A stretch of 64,000 nt of DNA from contig NC_042997.1 in the NCBI RefSeq assembly GCF_006345805.1, positions 207,266,001-207,330,000 on the forward strand, given 5' to 3'. This document shows, piece by piece, positions 26,101 to 38,639 of the stretch (within the stretch, counting starts at the first letter, position 1; each line of letters begins with the position of its first letter). The translations under genes and the position numbers were made by a program. The notes under the pieces were generated by a model. That model saw nothing but the letters and a program-made list of their open reading frames with translations, was not told the DNA's origin and searched no databases. This DNA comes from Octopus sinensis (lineage: Eukaryota).

Positions 26101-26810
26101 GGTTGAGAGAACCTGTGGAAGAGGTAGACCCAGGAAAACCTGGGATGAAGTGGTGAAGCACGACCTTCGCTCTTTAGGTCTCACTGAGGAAATGACTAGT
26201 GACTGAAACTTTTGGAAATATGCTGTGCGTGAGAAGACCCAGCAAGCCAAATGAGACCATAACCCGTGGCCTATGCCAGGGGAGTAACCAACTCACTTAT
26301 GCATACCTTTTCATTCTTTGGACACTGAAACTCTACTTGCAAAGACCTGTTGAGGCAAGTGAAATCAAAATCAAATCAAATTCGATGACTGGCATCCATG
26401 CTAGTGGGGTGCAAAGAGCACCATCTGAGCGTGATCGTTGCCGGAGTTGCTCTCTGGTCACCATGCAGTGGCACGTAAAAGGGCACCATTTGAGCATGAT
26501 CGTTACCAACGTTGCCTCACTGGCACCTGTGCTGGTGGCATGTGTAAAAGATTCGAGTGAGGTCATTGCCAGTACTGCCTGACTGGCCCCAAGGCTATAG
26601 TAGAAGACACTTGCCTTGGTGGCATGTAAAAGCACCCACTACACACTTGGAATGGTTGGCATTAGGATGGGCATCAAGCTGTAGAAACTCTGCCAAATCA
26701 AGATTGGAGCCTAGTGCAGTCATCTGGTTCGCCAGCCCTCTGTCAAAATCGTCCAACCCATGCTAGCATGGAAAGCGGACGTTAAATGATGATGATGATG
26801 ATGATGATGA
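23150..26810 (+). mobile_element. RTE LINE, near full length, degraded (APE-RT, 3'UTR, (GAT)n tail)
   Basis: APE ORF 23125..23967, RT ORFs 24199..26206 with in-frame stops, tail CATGCTAGCATGGAAAGCGGACGTTAAATGATGATG. Confidence 0.92.
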
Positions 26811-26879
26811 TAATTGGCCCTTTTTGTCTATGCAGATGGCCTATTTAGCTTAGAGGTCACTTAATCGAACATATCAGGG

Positions 26880-27720
26880 GCTCCCTTTCTTGCAGCTTCT
26901 TCCTATGATTGAAGTGCAGCTTCTGTCTCAGAACTTGCATACCAAGAGGGAGGCTTGGTGCTCTGCATTTCTGTTGTTTTCCTTTCATTGCTGATGCTTC
27001 TCAACTTGTTTGTTTCTGTAGCTGCTCTCCAGCGAAGCAATTACTTCACCACAGACCTCCATGTTGTTCTGTCCTCAGCCCTCTCTTCCCAAGTGCTGAC
27101 ATCCACCTCACACTTGGACAAACTAGTTTTGCAAGTGTCCTTATACCTCAGTTTTGGTCTTCCTCTTGGTCTCTTGCCCTGGACCAGTTGTCCAAAGAGC
27201 AGTTGCTTCAAGATTCTCCTGACATGCCCCAGCCACCTCAGTCTTCTCATACACAAGAAAGCTGTCATGCTTTGAAGATTTGCCTGCGCAAGCACTTGAA
27301 CACTGGTGACCTTGTCACGCCATGTTAGCCCTAAGATCTTGCGGAAGCATCTGAGATGGAAAATGCCGAGGCACCTTTCCTGTCTGCTGTACAAGGTCCA
27401 TCTTTCAGATCCATAGAGGAATGTGTTGAGAACAAATGCTTCATAAATCCTGATCTTTTTATCTAGATGTCTAATCTCTTGTTCTTCCATACTCGTTTTG
27501 TCAGCCTTCCAAAAGTTGTTGCTGTCTTCCCTATCCTGACATTAATCTCATTCTCAAGTGTAGTAGTAGAGGAAATGGACACCCTACATAGCAGAACCTG
27601 TCCATTGTCTCAAGCTCTTTGTCATCAAGTACCCTCCTGAGTGAGGATGACTGTCTTCTTTACAATGATGACCAAACCGAAGGCCCTGCATGCTAATGAT
27701 AGATGGTCCCTCATTATTTG
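26880..27720 (-). mobile_element. RTE LINE of a different (BovB/Expander-like) lineage, 3' fragment
   Basis: ORF 27041..27490 reads KIRIYEAFVLNTFLYGSERW...RRLRWLGHV...GKRPRGRPKLRYKD. Confidence 0.8.
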
Positions 27721-27950
27721 AAGGTACGGGTAGTACTTCAAATATTTTAGAAAACAACATTTTATTAATCCTGAATTTTTAGATCTTAAAATATACCTCT
27801 TAGTTTTAAAATCAATGCATAAATAGCATACCCTACAATATTATTAATGATAAAAAGCATAAACAAATTGAGTAAATAATTTTTCATTTCTAAAATTATT
27901 GCATGTGTTCCATAAATCTCGTCTATTGAAGTTACTAAGTTGTATATATA

Positions 27951-29237
27951 CGAGGGGCGTTCAATAAGTAATGCCCCTGACCCACTTCCCATACCAGTAG
28001 AGCAACGAAACTTGGCACAGTTATTGGTCTTTTTCTACATAGGAACAACTCAGAGTTACGCATTTCTCCCATCGTTTGATCCAGCTCTGGAGACCGTTTT
28101 TGTAAAAGACCCCAGCTTGGTCCTCCATCCACGACGTGACTTTAGAAATCAAGGCTGCATCATCTGGGAAATGCTTTCCTTTCAAAAACAACTTCATGGC
28201 TGGGAAGAGGTGAAAATCAGAGGGTGCAAGGTCAGGAGAGTAGGGGGGTGGAGGAGGAGTTCATAGCCGCACGCCTGTGCTTCTGATCTGGCGACAAGCG
28301 AGTTGTGGACCGGAGTGTTGTCCTGCAGGAGGAGGATGCCTTCGCTGATCTTGCCCCGCCTCTTGATTTTGATAGCTTCTCTTAATTTCCTCAAAAGTGA
28401 AGCATAATAGGCTCCTGTAATTGTGGTACCCTTTGCCAGGAAATCTGTCATCACTACTCCGTCCTGGTCCCAGAAGACTGTGAGCATGACCTTGCCAGCA
28501 GAGGGCTGCACCCTTGCCTTCCTTGGAGGAGGTGAGTCACGGTGCTTCCACTGCATTGACTGGGCTTTGGTCTCTGGATCATAGTGATGGACCCAGGTTT
28601 TATCCTGTGTGATCAGTCTTTTGAAAAATTTTGACTCATCTTCTTGGTACGTCTCCAAATTCATCCTCGAGCACTCGACGCGTTCTTGCTTCTGGAAAGG
28701 TGTGAGCAACCTGGGAATCCATCTGGCAGACACCTTTTGCATATGCAAATGGTCATGAATGATAGTTTCCACAGACCCGGTACTAATCTTGACCTTATGG
28801 GCTATTTGGCGAATAGTTATGCATCGATCTTCCAAAATGGCAGCCTCAATTGACGGACAGATGCCTCATCAATGGCAGAAGGGGGTCGACCAGATCTGGG
28901 AGCTGTTTCCACAGAGTTCCGACCATGTTTGAATTCACGATGCCAGCGTTTTACAAGGTCATATGATGGGGCATCATCACCATAAGTTACTTTCATTTCA
29001 TCAAAAGTCTCCCGTGGTGTGCGTCCTTTCAAATACAAAAACCGGATCACTGCTCGACACTCAACAGGCTCCATTTCACACTTGACTCAGTTCAAACACC
29101 TGTAAATCAGAAACCATAATTAGTTCAGAGCTGTAATTTGCCACCTAATCTATAGAGATATAATTGCACATGCAAAATTTCAACTAGATCAAACACCTGG
29201 AAGTGGGTCAGAGGCATTACTTATTGAACGTCCCTCA
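27951..29237 (-). mobile_element. Mariner (DD34D) transposon, full length, two 1-bp frameshifts
   Basis: 39-bp TIRs (CGAGGGGCGTTCAATAAGTAATGCCCCTGACCCACTTCC, 3 mismatches), TA on both sides, 1287 bp. HTH ORF 28817..29074; catalytic ORF 28194..28835 (ITQDKTWV, LLQDN), then YSPDLAPSDFHLF after a shift. Confidence 0.95.
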
Positions 29238-29784
29238 TACTTCATCATGATTTTAGTGATTAAGCTATTTCCACATCCGTTTCTAATCTTTTTCAATACT
29301 TTATAATTACCTTTATATAAGCCTAAATTGTTGTACCCCCTATATAGCCATATTTAACTTATAATAAACAATATAGGTATCTTCAAAAATTTTTTAATTT
29401 AAATGCCAAAATTTTAACCGCCTAAATTAAGATCTAGCTAATTTGTAATATACTTGTTCTCTAACCTAAATGGTAAATCTCCATGATAGCCTTATACAAA
29501 AAAAAAAAAAATGACATATTGTTCAAAATAGTTTCAGTAATTAAATATTTTATCCCTTTTCTTAAAATGTTCCACCCACTTAATTTTGATATTTATATTG
29601 GTTTTCTCTAATTGAGAAATCCTTAGAAACTGTAATATTACTTGTATCTCCACAAAATTTTAAATTTTAAATTAATTCAACTCCATACCCACAGTTTACA
29701 CAGGTAGAGTAGAATAGTTAGTGGACTGTTATGTAGATTCATGTAGATAGATGTATGTATGTATGTGTGTGGGTGGGTGTATAT

Positions 29785-30160
29785 ACTCTTTTACTCTTTT
29801 ACTTGTTTCAGTCATTTGACTGCGGCCATGCTGGAGCACCACCTTTTAGTACTTATTCTATCGGTCTCTTTTTGCCGAACCGCTAAGTGACGGGGACGTA
29901 AACACACCAGCATCGGTTGTCAAGCAATGCTAGGGGGACAAACACAGACACACAAACATATACACACACACTTATATATATATATACATATATACGACAG
30001 GCTTCTTTCAGTTTCCGTCTACCAAATCCACTCACAAGGCATTTGTCGGCCCGGGGCTATAGCAGAAGACACTTGCCCAAGATGCCACGCAGTGGGACTG
30101 AACCCGCAACCGTGTGGTTGGTTAGCAAGCTACTTACCACACAGCCACTCCTGCGCCTGT
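29785..30160 (-). mobile_element. tRNA-derived CORE-like SINE, full length, with LINE-type 3' tail
   Basis: tRNA-like head, internal (TA)n/(TG)n, tail GGTGGTGCTCCAGCATGGCCGCAGTCAAATGACTGAAAC followed by (AGTAAAAG)n. Confidence 0.82.
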
Positions 30161-30179
30161 ATACGCGCATGTATTTTTT

Positions 30180-30821
30180 TTTTTTTTTGTATGTAAGCAT
30201 ATGGATAGGAAAGTAAACAGATCAACATAGAGACGGATGGGTCCATAGGTTATATGAACAGACAAGCACACACATACACATTCACAAATGGAGACTGAAA
30301 CACATGACCATACATACACACACACACACTTTACTCCACACAAGGACACATGTGGAGACACATGTGGAGACACATGTGGAGATGCACATCTATACATACA
30401 AACATGGTACATAGTTACAGAACACACACAGTGGTACATACATATAAAAGCACACGCTCACACACACACATACATAGAAAATACACAAACACGGACATGC
30501 ATGCACATAAATATGCAGGATACGTACATACATATGCACACACACACATGCATACATACGTACATGCATGCGTGTATAGGCACACACACTGACCCACACC
30601 CATGCGCACAAACAAACAAAAAGGAACGCAGTGTAAATAACGGACAGAGTCAAGACTATTGAAAAGTTTGCAAGATGCAACGAAAATTTGAACAAAATAA
30701 AAAGGAGAAATAAGTGGAAATTTTTGGCAGTGAGTGTTTTAAATTATAAGGCACCAAAAGAAAATGACTCTCCCCAGATGCAACAGTATATATATATGTG
30801 TGTATATATATATATATATAT
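30180..30821. repeat. CA/TA-rich low-complexity region with a 12-bp GACACATGTGGA repeat
   Basis: Visible simple repeats; the ORFs here are compositional. Confidence 0.7.
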
Positions 30822-33019
30822 GACATGGAGAAAGCTTTTGATAGGGTCCCCCGATCCCTTATCTGGTGGTCAATGAGGAAACTAGGGATAGATGAATGGC
30901 TGGTGAGGACTGTGCAAGCCATGTACAGAGATGCCGTAAGTAAGGTTAGGGTTGGCAACATGTACACAGAAGAATTCAAAGTAGAGGTTGGGGTCCACCA
31001 GGGTTCAGTACTCAGCCCCCTCCTATTTATCATAGTACTCCAGGCAATTACGGAGGAATTCAAGACAGGCTGTCCCTGGGAGCTCCTCTACGCTGACGAC
31101 CTTGCTCTTATTGCTGAGTCACTATCAGAACTGGAGGAGAAGTTCCAGGTGTGGAAGGAGGGTTTAGAATCAAGGGGCCTTAGAGTCAACCTAGCTAAAA
31201 CCAAAGTACTAATAAGTAGAAAGGTAGACAATCCACAAATATCTTCAGGAAGATGGCCCTGCTCGATCTGTAGAAAAGGTGTAGGTAGAAACTCTATAAG
31301 ATGTACCCAGTGTAAGCTATGGACACATAAGAGGTGCAGCAATGTCAAAGGTAGGCTAACTGGGAAGATAGTTTTTGTATGTGGCAGATGCTCGGGAGCA
31401 TTAACCTCCGAAAATCTGCAGAAAACAACTTCCGTCACTTTCCAGGGGGAAAAACTAGAAGTAGTTGATAGCTTCCGTTATCTAGGTGACCAAGTCAGTA
31501 GTGGGGGTGGGTGCGCTGAAAGTGTAACTGCTAGAATAAGAATAGCCTGGGCAAAGTTTAGGGAGCTCTTACCTCTGCTGGTGACTAAAGGCCTCTCGCT
31601 CAGAGTAAAAGGCAGACTGTATGATGCGTGTGTACGAACAGCCATGCTACATGGCAGCGAAACATGGGCTGTGACTGCTGAGGACATGCGTAAGCTCGTG
31701 AGGAATGAAGCCAGTATGCTCCGATGGATGTGTAATGTCAGTGTACATACTCGACAGAGCGTTAGCACCTTGAGAGAAATGTTGTACCTAAGAAGCATCA
31801 GTTGTGGTGTGCAAGAGAGACGATTGCGCTGGTATGGTCATGTGGCGAGAATGGATGAAGATAGGTGTGTGAGAAAGTGCCAATCCCTAGCAGTTGAGGG
31901 AACCCGTGGAAGAGGTAGACCCAGGAAAACCTGGGACGAGGTGGTGAAGCACGACCTTCGAACTTTAGGCCTCACTGAGGAAATGACCAGAGACCGAGAC
32001 CTTTGGAAATATTCTGTACGTGAGAAGACCAGGCAGGACAAGTGAGCCCAGCCCACTTATGAATGCCTTTCCTCCCTTGGACACAAAGACCGGTTGAGGC
32101 AAGCGAAGTCGATATAGAACCTCATCCGACGACAGACACCCATCCCAACCCCCCATGCTTGCGAAGACATGTTGGGGCAAGCGAAATCGAAACCGAATTG
32201 AACCAGCCAGGATCCCTGGCCTGGTGGTACGTAAAAAGCACTATCCGACTCGGGGCCGTGGCACGTAAAATACTCCAATGCGACCGTACGACAGGCACCC
32301 ATGCCAACACCCTTTGCTTGTGAAGACATGTTGGGGCAAGCGAAATCGAAATCGAATTGAACCAGCCAGGATCCCTGGTCTGGTGGTACGTAAAAAGCAC
32401 TATCCGACTCGTGGCCGTGGCACGTAAAATACTCCAATGCGACCGTACGACAGGCACCCTTGCCAACCCCCTTTGCTTGTGAAGACATGTTGGGGCAAGC
32501 GAAATCGAAATCGAATTGAACCAGCCAGGATCCCTGGTCTGGTGGTACGTAAAAAGCACTATCCGACTCGTGGCCGTGGCACGTAAAATACTCCAATGCG
32601 ACCGTACGACAGGCACCCTTGCCAACCCCCTTTGCTTGTGAAGACATGTTGGGGCAAGCGAAATCGAAATCGAATTGAACCAGCCAGGATCCCTGGACTG
32701 GTGGTACGTAAAAAGCACTATCCGACTCGTGGCCGATGCCAGCACCGCCTCGACTGGCTTCCGTGCCGGTGGCACATAAAATACACCAATCTGACCGTGG
32801 CCGTTGCCAGCCCCGCCTGGCACCTGTGCAGGTGGCACGTAAAAAGCACCCACTACACTCACGGAGTGGTTGGCGTTAGGAAGGGCATCCAGCTGTAGAA
32901 ACATTGCCAAATTAGACTGGAGCCTGGTGCAGCCTTCTGGCTTCCCAGAACCCCGGTCGAACCGTCCAACCCATGCTAGCATGGAGAACGGACGTTAAAC
33001 GACGATGATGATGATGATG
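30822..33019 (+). mobile_element. RTE LINE, 5'-truncated, young; open RT C-terminal ORF; 3'UTR with a 159-bp tandem repeat
   Basis: ORF 30798..32045 (415 aa) is uninterrupted to its stop; (GAT)n tail; both ends lie in (TA)n. Confidence 0.93.
32163..32733. repeat. 159-bp tandem repeat, about 3.6 copies, in the RTE 3'UTR
   Basis: GAAGACATGTTGGGGCAAGCG starts at 32163, 32322, 32481 and 32640. Confidence 0.92.
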
Positions 33020-33068
<49 letters not shown>

Positions 33069-33075
33069 TATATAC

Positions 33076-33108
<33 letters not shown>

Positions 33109-33259
33109 CATGTATATATATATATATGTATATATATATGTATATGTATATATGTATATGTATATATATATGTATGTATATATATGTATATAAATATAAG
33201 TATATGTATATAAATATATATATGTATATAAATATATGTATATAAATATATATATGTAT

Positions 33260-34651
33260 ATCATCATCATCATCGTTTAACGTCCGTTTTCCACGCTAGC
33301 ACGGGTTGGACGCTTCGACCGGGATCTGGGAAGCCAGGGGCTGTACCAGGCTCCAGTCTGATCTGGCAGAGTTTCTACAGCTGGATGCCCTTCCTAACGC
33401 CAACCACTCCGCGAGAGTAGTGGGTGCTTTTTACGTGCCACCGGCACAGGTGCCAAGGGAGTCTGGCATCGGCCACATTTGGATGGTGCTTCTTATGTGC
33501 CACCGGCACAGAAGCCAGTCGAGGCAGCGCTGGCATCGGATGGTGCTTTTTATGTGCCACCGGCACAGGTATCCCAACTACTATTTCCATTGATATTTAT
33601 TTCAATGTTCATGTACTTGACTCAATAGGTCTCCTCAAGCACAGTGGGATGTTCTGGAATCCAAGGTACTTTGAATGGGCAGGGCTATGTGGGACTGGTG
33701 CAGGAAGCAGCTCGAGTCTTTGAAGTCACAGCTTATCACCAGAGATCTCGGTCCTTTGTCATTGCCTCTGTGAGGCCCAACACTCTCAGGTCATGCTTGA
33801 CCACCTCATCCCATGTCTTCCTGGGTCTACCTCTCCCCCTGATACCTTCAACTGTTTGTGAGCGGCACTTCTTCACACATTTCTCCTCATCCATCTGCAG
33901 TACATGACCATACCATCACAAGCGTCGCTCTTGCACACCACATCTGATGCTTCTTATGTCCAGCATTTCTCTCAAGGTGCTTACCCTCTGTCGTGCGTGC
34001 ACACTGACATTACACATCCAGCGGATCATGTTAGCTTCATTTCTTTCAAGTCTGCACATGTCCTCTGCAGTCATAGCCCATGTTTCACTACCGTGAAGCA
34101 TGGCAGTTCGCACACATGCATCATACAATCTACCTTTCACTCTGAGCGAGAGACCCTTTGTCGCCAGTAGGGGTAGGAGCTTTCTAAACTTTGCCCAGGC
34201 TATTCGTATTCTAGTGGTGACACTCTCTGAGCATCCACCTCCACTACTAACTTGGTCACCCAGGTAGCGGAAGCTATCAACTACTTCTAGTATCTCCCCC
34301 TGGAGTGTGATGGAATCTGTTTTCTGAGTATCTGTGGTGTCTATTGCCTCTATGCATCTGCCGCACATGAAAGCTATCTTATCAGTTAATTTCCCTTTGA
34401 TGTTGCTGCACCTCTTATGTGTCCATAGCTTACACTGGGTGCATCTTATGGAGTTTCTACCTACACCTTTCATACAGATCGAGCAGGGCCACCTGCCCGA
34501 GAGGGTGTGTGCTGAGTTTGCCTTTCTGCTTACTATAACTTTGGTCTTTGCTACATTTACTCTAAGGCCCTTTGATTCTAACCCTTGCTTCCACACCCGA
34601 AATTTCTTTTCTAATTCCAGTAGTGATTCTGCTATGGGAGCCAGGTCATCA

Positions 34652-34652
<1 letters not shown>
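33260..34652 (-). mobile_element. RTE LINE, 5'-truncated, tail-to-tail with the previous copy
   Basis: ORF 33916..34596 is homologous to the 30798..32045 protein; (CAT)n tail at 33260; 5' end abuts (TA)n. Confidence 0.9.
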
Positions 34653-34723
<71 letters not shown>

Positions 34724-34736
34724 ATATATATATATG

Positions 34737-34819
<83 letters not shown>

Positions 34820-34844
34820 GTATATATGTATATATATATATATA

Positions 34845-35140
34845 AAAAGAAAACAGCACAGCTCCCATGACTTCAGGAAACATTTTTTCACGCTGAGAGT
34901 TGCTGAAGTGTGGAACAAACTGCCGGCATCGGTTGTTAGTTGTCGGAGCACTGCATCCTTCAAAACTTCCATGCTTCCTGAGATTCGCCAACACTACACT
35001 TGATTTTCTCCCCTCCATACACACACAAGCATGTTCACTTTGCAGACATTTCTACATTACTGCATGTACTTTATAAGCACTTTCTGACAAGTTGTGGTGC
35101 ACCTGAGCACTGTATACAATAATTTCATTATTATTATTAT
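34845..35140 (+). mobile_element. CR1/L2-group LINE 3' end (same family as 10048-13920)
   Basis: [20 protein letters not shown]...FKTSML, 3'UTR GTGCACCTGAGCACTGTATACAATAATTTC, (ATT)n tail. Confidence 0.85.
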
Positions 35141-35163
35141 ATGTATATATATATGTATATATA

Positions 35164-35226
<63 letters not shown>

Positions 35227-35296
35227 GTATATATATATATGTATATATGTATATATATATATGTATATATATATATATGTATATATGTATATATAT

Positions 35297-35334
<38 letters not shown>

Positions 35335-35411
35335 GTATATATATATATGTATATATATATATGTATATATATATGTATATATGTATATGTATATATGTAT
35401 ATGTATATATG

Positions 35412-35442
<31 letters not shown>

Positions 35443-35490
35443 GTATATATGTATATATGTATATATGTATATATGTATATATGTATATAG

Positions 35491-35521
<31 letters not shown>
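35141..35521. repeat. (TA)n/(TATG)n microsatellite; similar tracts at 33020-33260, 34653-34843, 37250-37420, 38083-38635, 38760-38892 and 39518-39702
   Basis: Direct inspection. Confidence 0.95.
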
Positions 35522-37249
35522 CAGCAATCCTGATATGGCCGATCTGGGCTGTATCAGTGATGTCAACCCCCAACACACTATATCGGACATAACGTTTAGT
35601 GCCCCTGATGTCTTAGCGGCGATAAACGAAATAAACACAATTCAGCAGTAGGCCCCGATAGGTTCCCTGCTTGTGTCCTGAAGGTGTGTCGACACCAACT
35701 TGCATCTCCCCTTGCTAATCTGTGGAGAAACTCACTGGATGCTGGCTATATTCCAAAAAACCTTCTGTCCCAGTCTGTTGTCCCAGTTTTCAAAAAGGGA
35801 AACAAGTCCCTTGCAGTGAATTACCGTCCGATCTCACTCACCTCTCATATCATCAAGGTGAGATCTCGAATAACCCAATTTCTGGAAAGCAACAGACGGC
35901 TGATCTCCAACCAACATGGGTTCCGTAATGGAAGGGACTGCCTAACGCAGCTCCTGCATCACTTTGAGGACATTTTGAGAGCTTTGGGAGAGGGCTCCAA
36001 CACCGATGTCATCTACCTTGATTTCAGTAAGGCCTTCGACAGGGTCGATGACAAGATCCTATTGAAAAAACTATCCAACATTGGTGTCTCTGGAAAGTTA
36101 CTGAAATGGATCAAGTGTTTCCTGACAGACAGATCTCAACATGTTGTAGTTGAAGGGGTAAAATCAAGCCCAGCCAAAGTCAGTAGTGGCGTTCCGCAAG
36201 GCACTGTGCTGGGCCCACTTCTTTTCATCATTTACATTAATGACATTAATGACATCATCAAGCACAGCAACATAAAAATCTTTGCAGATGACTCCAAGCT
36301 ACAGAAGGTCATAAATGAGGCGAGTGACCGGACATGCCTTCAGTCAGATCTACTGGCTGTTATCCAATGGGCAGAAAAAAACAATATGCTGCTGAACGAG
36401 GATAAATTTGAGCTAATCCACTTTGGAAAAGAGGATGCCCTGAAACTCCCATACTCCCTTCCTTCAGGTGAAACTCTCGTGGCGTCCAACAACATCAGAG
36501 ACTTGGGAGTAATTGTGGACAACAACATAAGCTGGGCCACTCATATAAACACCAAAGTTGACATGGCCGCAGAATGTGTTCCTGGATTCTCAGAACTTTC
36601 CAGTCGAGAGATATCCACACCATTATCCTTCTCTTCTCCACTTTTGCCCGACCCCACCTTGAATACTGTTGTCCACTGTGGTCTCCCCACACAATACAAG
36701 GTATCATAAACGTTTGAAGCACCTCAAAGGGCAATCACAAAAAGATAGATGGCATGACAGGCCTCGACTATTGGGGTCGACTAGAAAAGCTAAAACTCTA
36801 TTCTCTCCAACGTCGTCGTGAGCGCTACATCATCTGCATGATGTGGAAAATATTCCATCAGCATTGCCCAAATGATGTTGGCATCACCTTTAAGGTACAT
36901 CCAAGGCTTGGGCCCCGTGCCATCCGCCCAAAACAAAAATCGCACTCACATCTCATAACAACAATACGGCACATTATTTCACCTCAATTGGCCCCGCTCT
37001 CTTTAACAATACACCAAAACACATTAAAACAGAAACTGACCCTATAGGGTTCAAGAAGTCTTTGGACAGATTCCTCAAGAAATCCCGGATAAACCCCTAC
37101 ACCCGGATATGTCTCTGTAAACAATAACTCTCTACTTGAGTGGGCCATAGTGCCCAAATTCTGACTTGAAAGACTTCACCAGGTGGTGCTATTAAGTTAG
37201 ACATGGCCTGGGCCAATAATGGCCGAAACCTATCAAAGTATCAAAGTAT
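35522..37249 (+). mobile_element. CR1-group LINE, 5'-truncated copy (RT plus 3' end, (ATCAAAGT)n tail)
   Basis: ORF 35684..36709 (DVIYLDFSKAFDRV, GVPQGTVLGPLLF, FADDSKL); near-identical inverted copy of 39703-41460. Confidence 0.92.
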
Positions 37250-37308
37250 ATATGTATGTATATATGTATGTATATATATGTATATGTGTATATGTATATG
37301 TGTATATG

Positions 37309-37341
<33 letters not shown>

Positions 37342-37518
37342 GTATATATATATATGTATGTATACATATATGTATATATATATGTATGTATATATGTATG
37401 TATATATGTATGTATATATGACGGGAAGCTTTATGAAAATAGACAAAGGACGAAGGCAGGTGGGAAACAAACAAACAATTGTATTAGTATGGCACTCAGG
37501 AAATATAAATAAAACAAG

Positions 37519-37556
37519 TCTTTAACGTTTCGAGCCTACGCTCTTCAACAGAAAGA
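37519..37556 (-). ncRNA. Minimal hammerhead-ribozyme-like motif (Penelope-terminal-repeat type, variant core)
   Basis: Minus strand reads TCTTT-CTGTTGA-A-GAGC-GTAG-GCTC-GAAAC-GTT-AAAGA: stem I TCTTT/AAAGA, stem II GAGC/GCTC, palindromic stem III ACGT. The core deviates from CUGANGA. Confidence 0.5.
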
Positions 37557-37729
37557 TACACAGAAAGAAGAAGAGAAAAAAAATGCGTGCAGTAACTAAC
37601 GAATCAACATGGCGATCAGATTTCGGCCAGAGGTCAAAGATAACAAACGGGACAGTTTATGCGAACAAGTTCAAGGTTGAAAGTTCAAGGTTGAAAGTTC
37701 AAGGTGAGAAATGTGTAGACGGGGCGCCA

Positions 37730-38082
37730 CTGCATGGTGCCAAGGATTCCAACATCACCATCAAAATACAGGTCCAGATACTGCAACAGCTTGGGTTTCA
37801 GAGGACCACAGCTCTTTAACATCCTCCCTAAATGCCTGAGAGACTTATATGGTGTGGATGTGGGTTTCTTTAAAACTAAACTGGATGTCTTCTTCTTGGG
37901 AGTCCCAGATGAGCCTACCTCACGACAGGAGACGCGGATGCGGGCAGCAGCATCGAACTCCCTTGTTGATCAAGTGCCACGTATCAGAGGTGGATTCACA
38001 AATTAGTGTAGCTCATTCAGCGGTGGTGCCCCAGCATGGCCGCGGCCTTCGGGCTAAAACATTTTTAAGGATTTAAGGATTT
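37730..38082 (+). mobile_element. CR1-group LINE 3' end, second lineage, (AAGGATTT)n tail
   Basis: ORF 37734..38006 reads SLGFRGPQLFNILPK.LR...FKTKLD.F...VPDEP...AASNSL. Confidence 0.8.
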
Positions 38083-38411
38083 ATATGTATATATATGTAT
38101 ATATATGTATGTATATGTATGTATATTTATGTATATGTATGTATATGTATGTATATATATGTACATGTATGTATGTGTATGTATGTATATGTATGTATGT
38201 ATGAGTATGTATGTATGTGTATGTATGTATGTATGTGTATGTATGTATGTGTATGTATGTATGTGTATGTATGTATGTGTATGTATGTATGTGTATGTAT
38301 GTATGTGTATGTATGTATGTGTATGTATGTGTATGTGTATGTATGTATGTGTATGTATGTATGTGTATGTGTATGTATGTATGTGTATGTATGTATGTGT
38401 ATGTATGTATG

Positions 38412-38445
<34 letters not shown>

Positions 38446-38449
38446 TATG

Positions 38450-38516
<67 letters not shown>

Positions 38517-38547
38517 ATATATATATATATATATTTATATATACGTA

Positions 38548-38622
<75 letters not shown>

Positions 38623-38639
38623 GTATATATATGTAAAAC

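Noticed and set aside
28194-29074. SETMAR gene
   Set aside because: There is no SET domain; it is a free mariner with TIRs and a TA duplication.
32057-32982. 53-aa repeat protein ORFs
   Set aside because: They arise from the 159-bp repeat in a LINE 3'UTR; several frames on both strands are open and there are no splice or domain signals.
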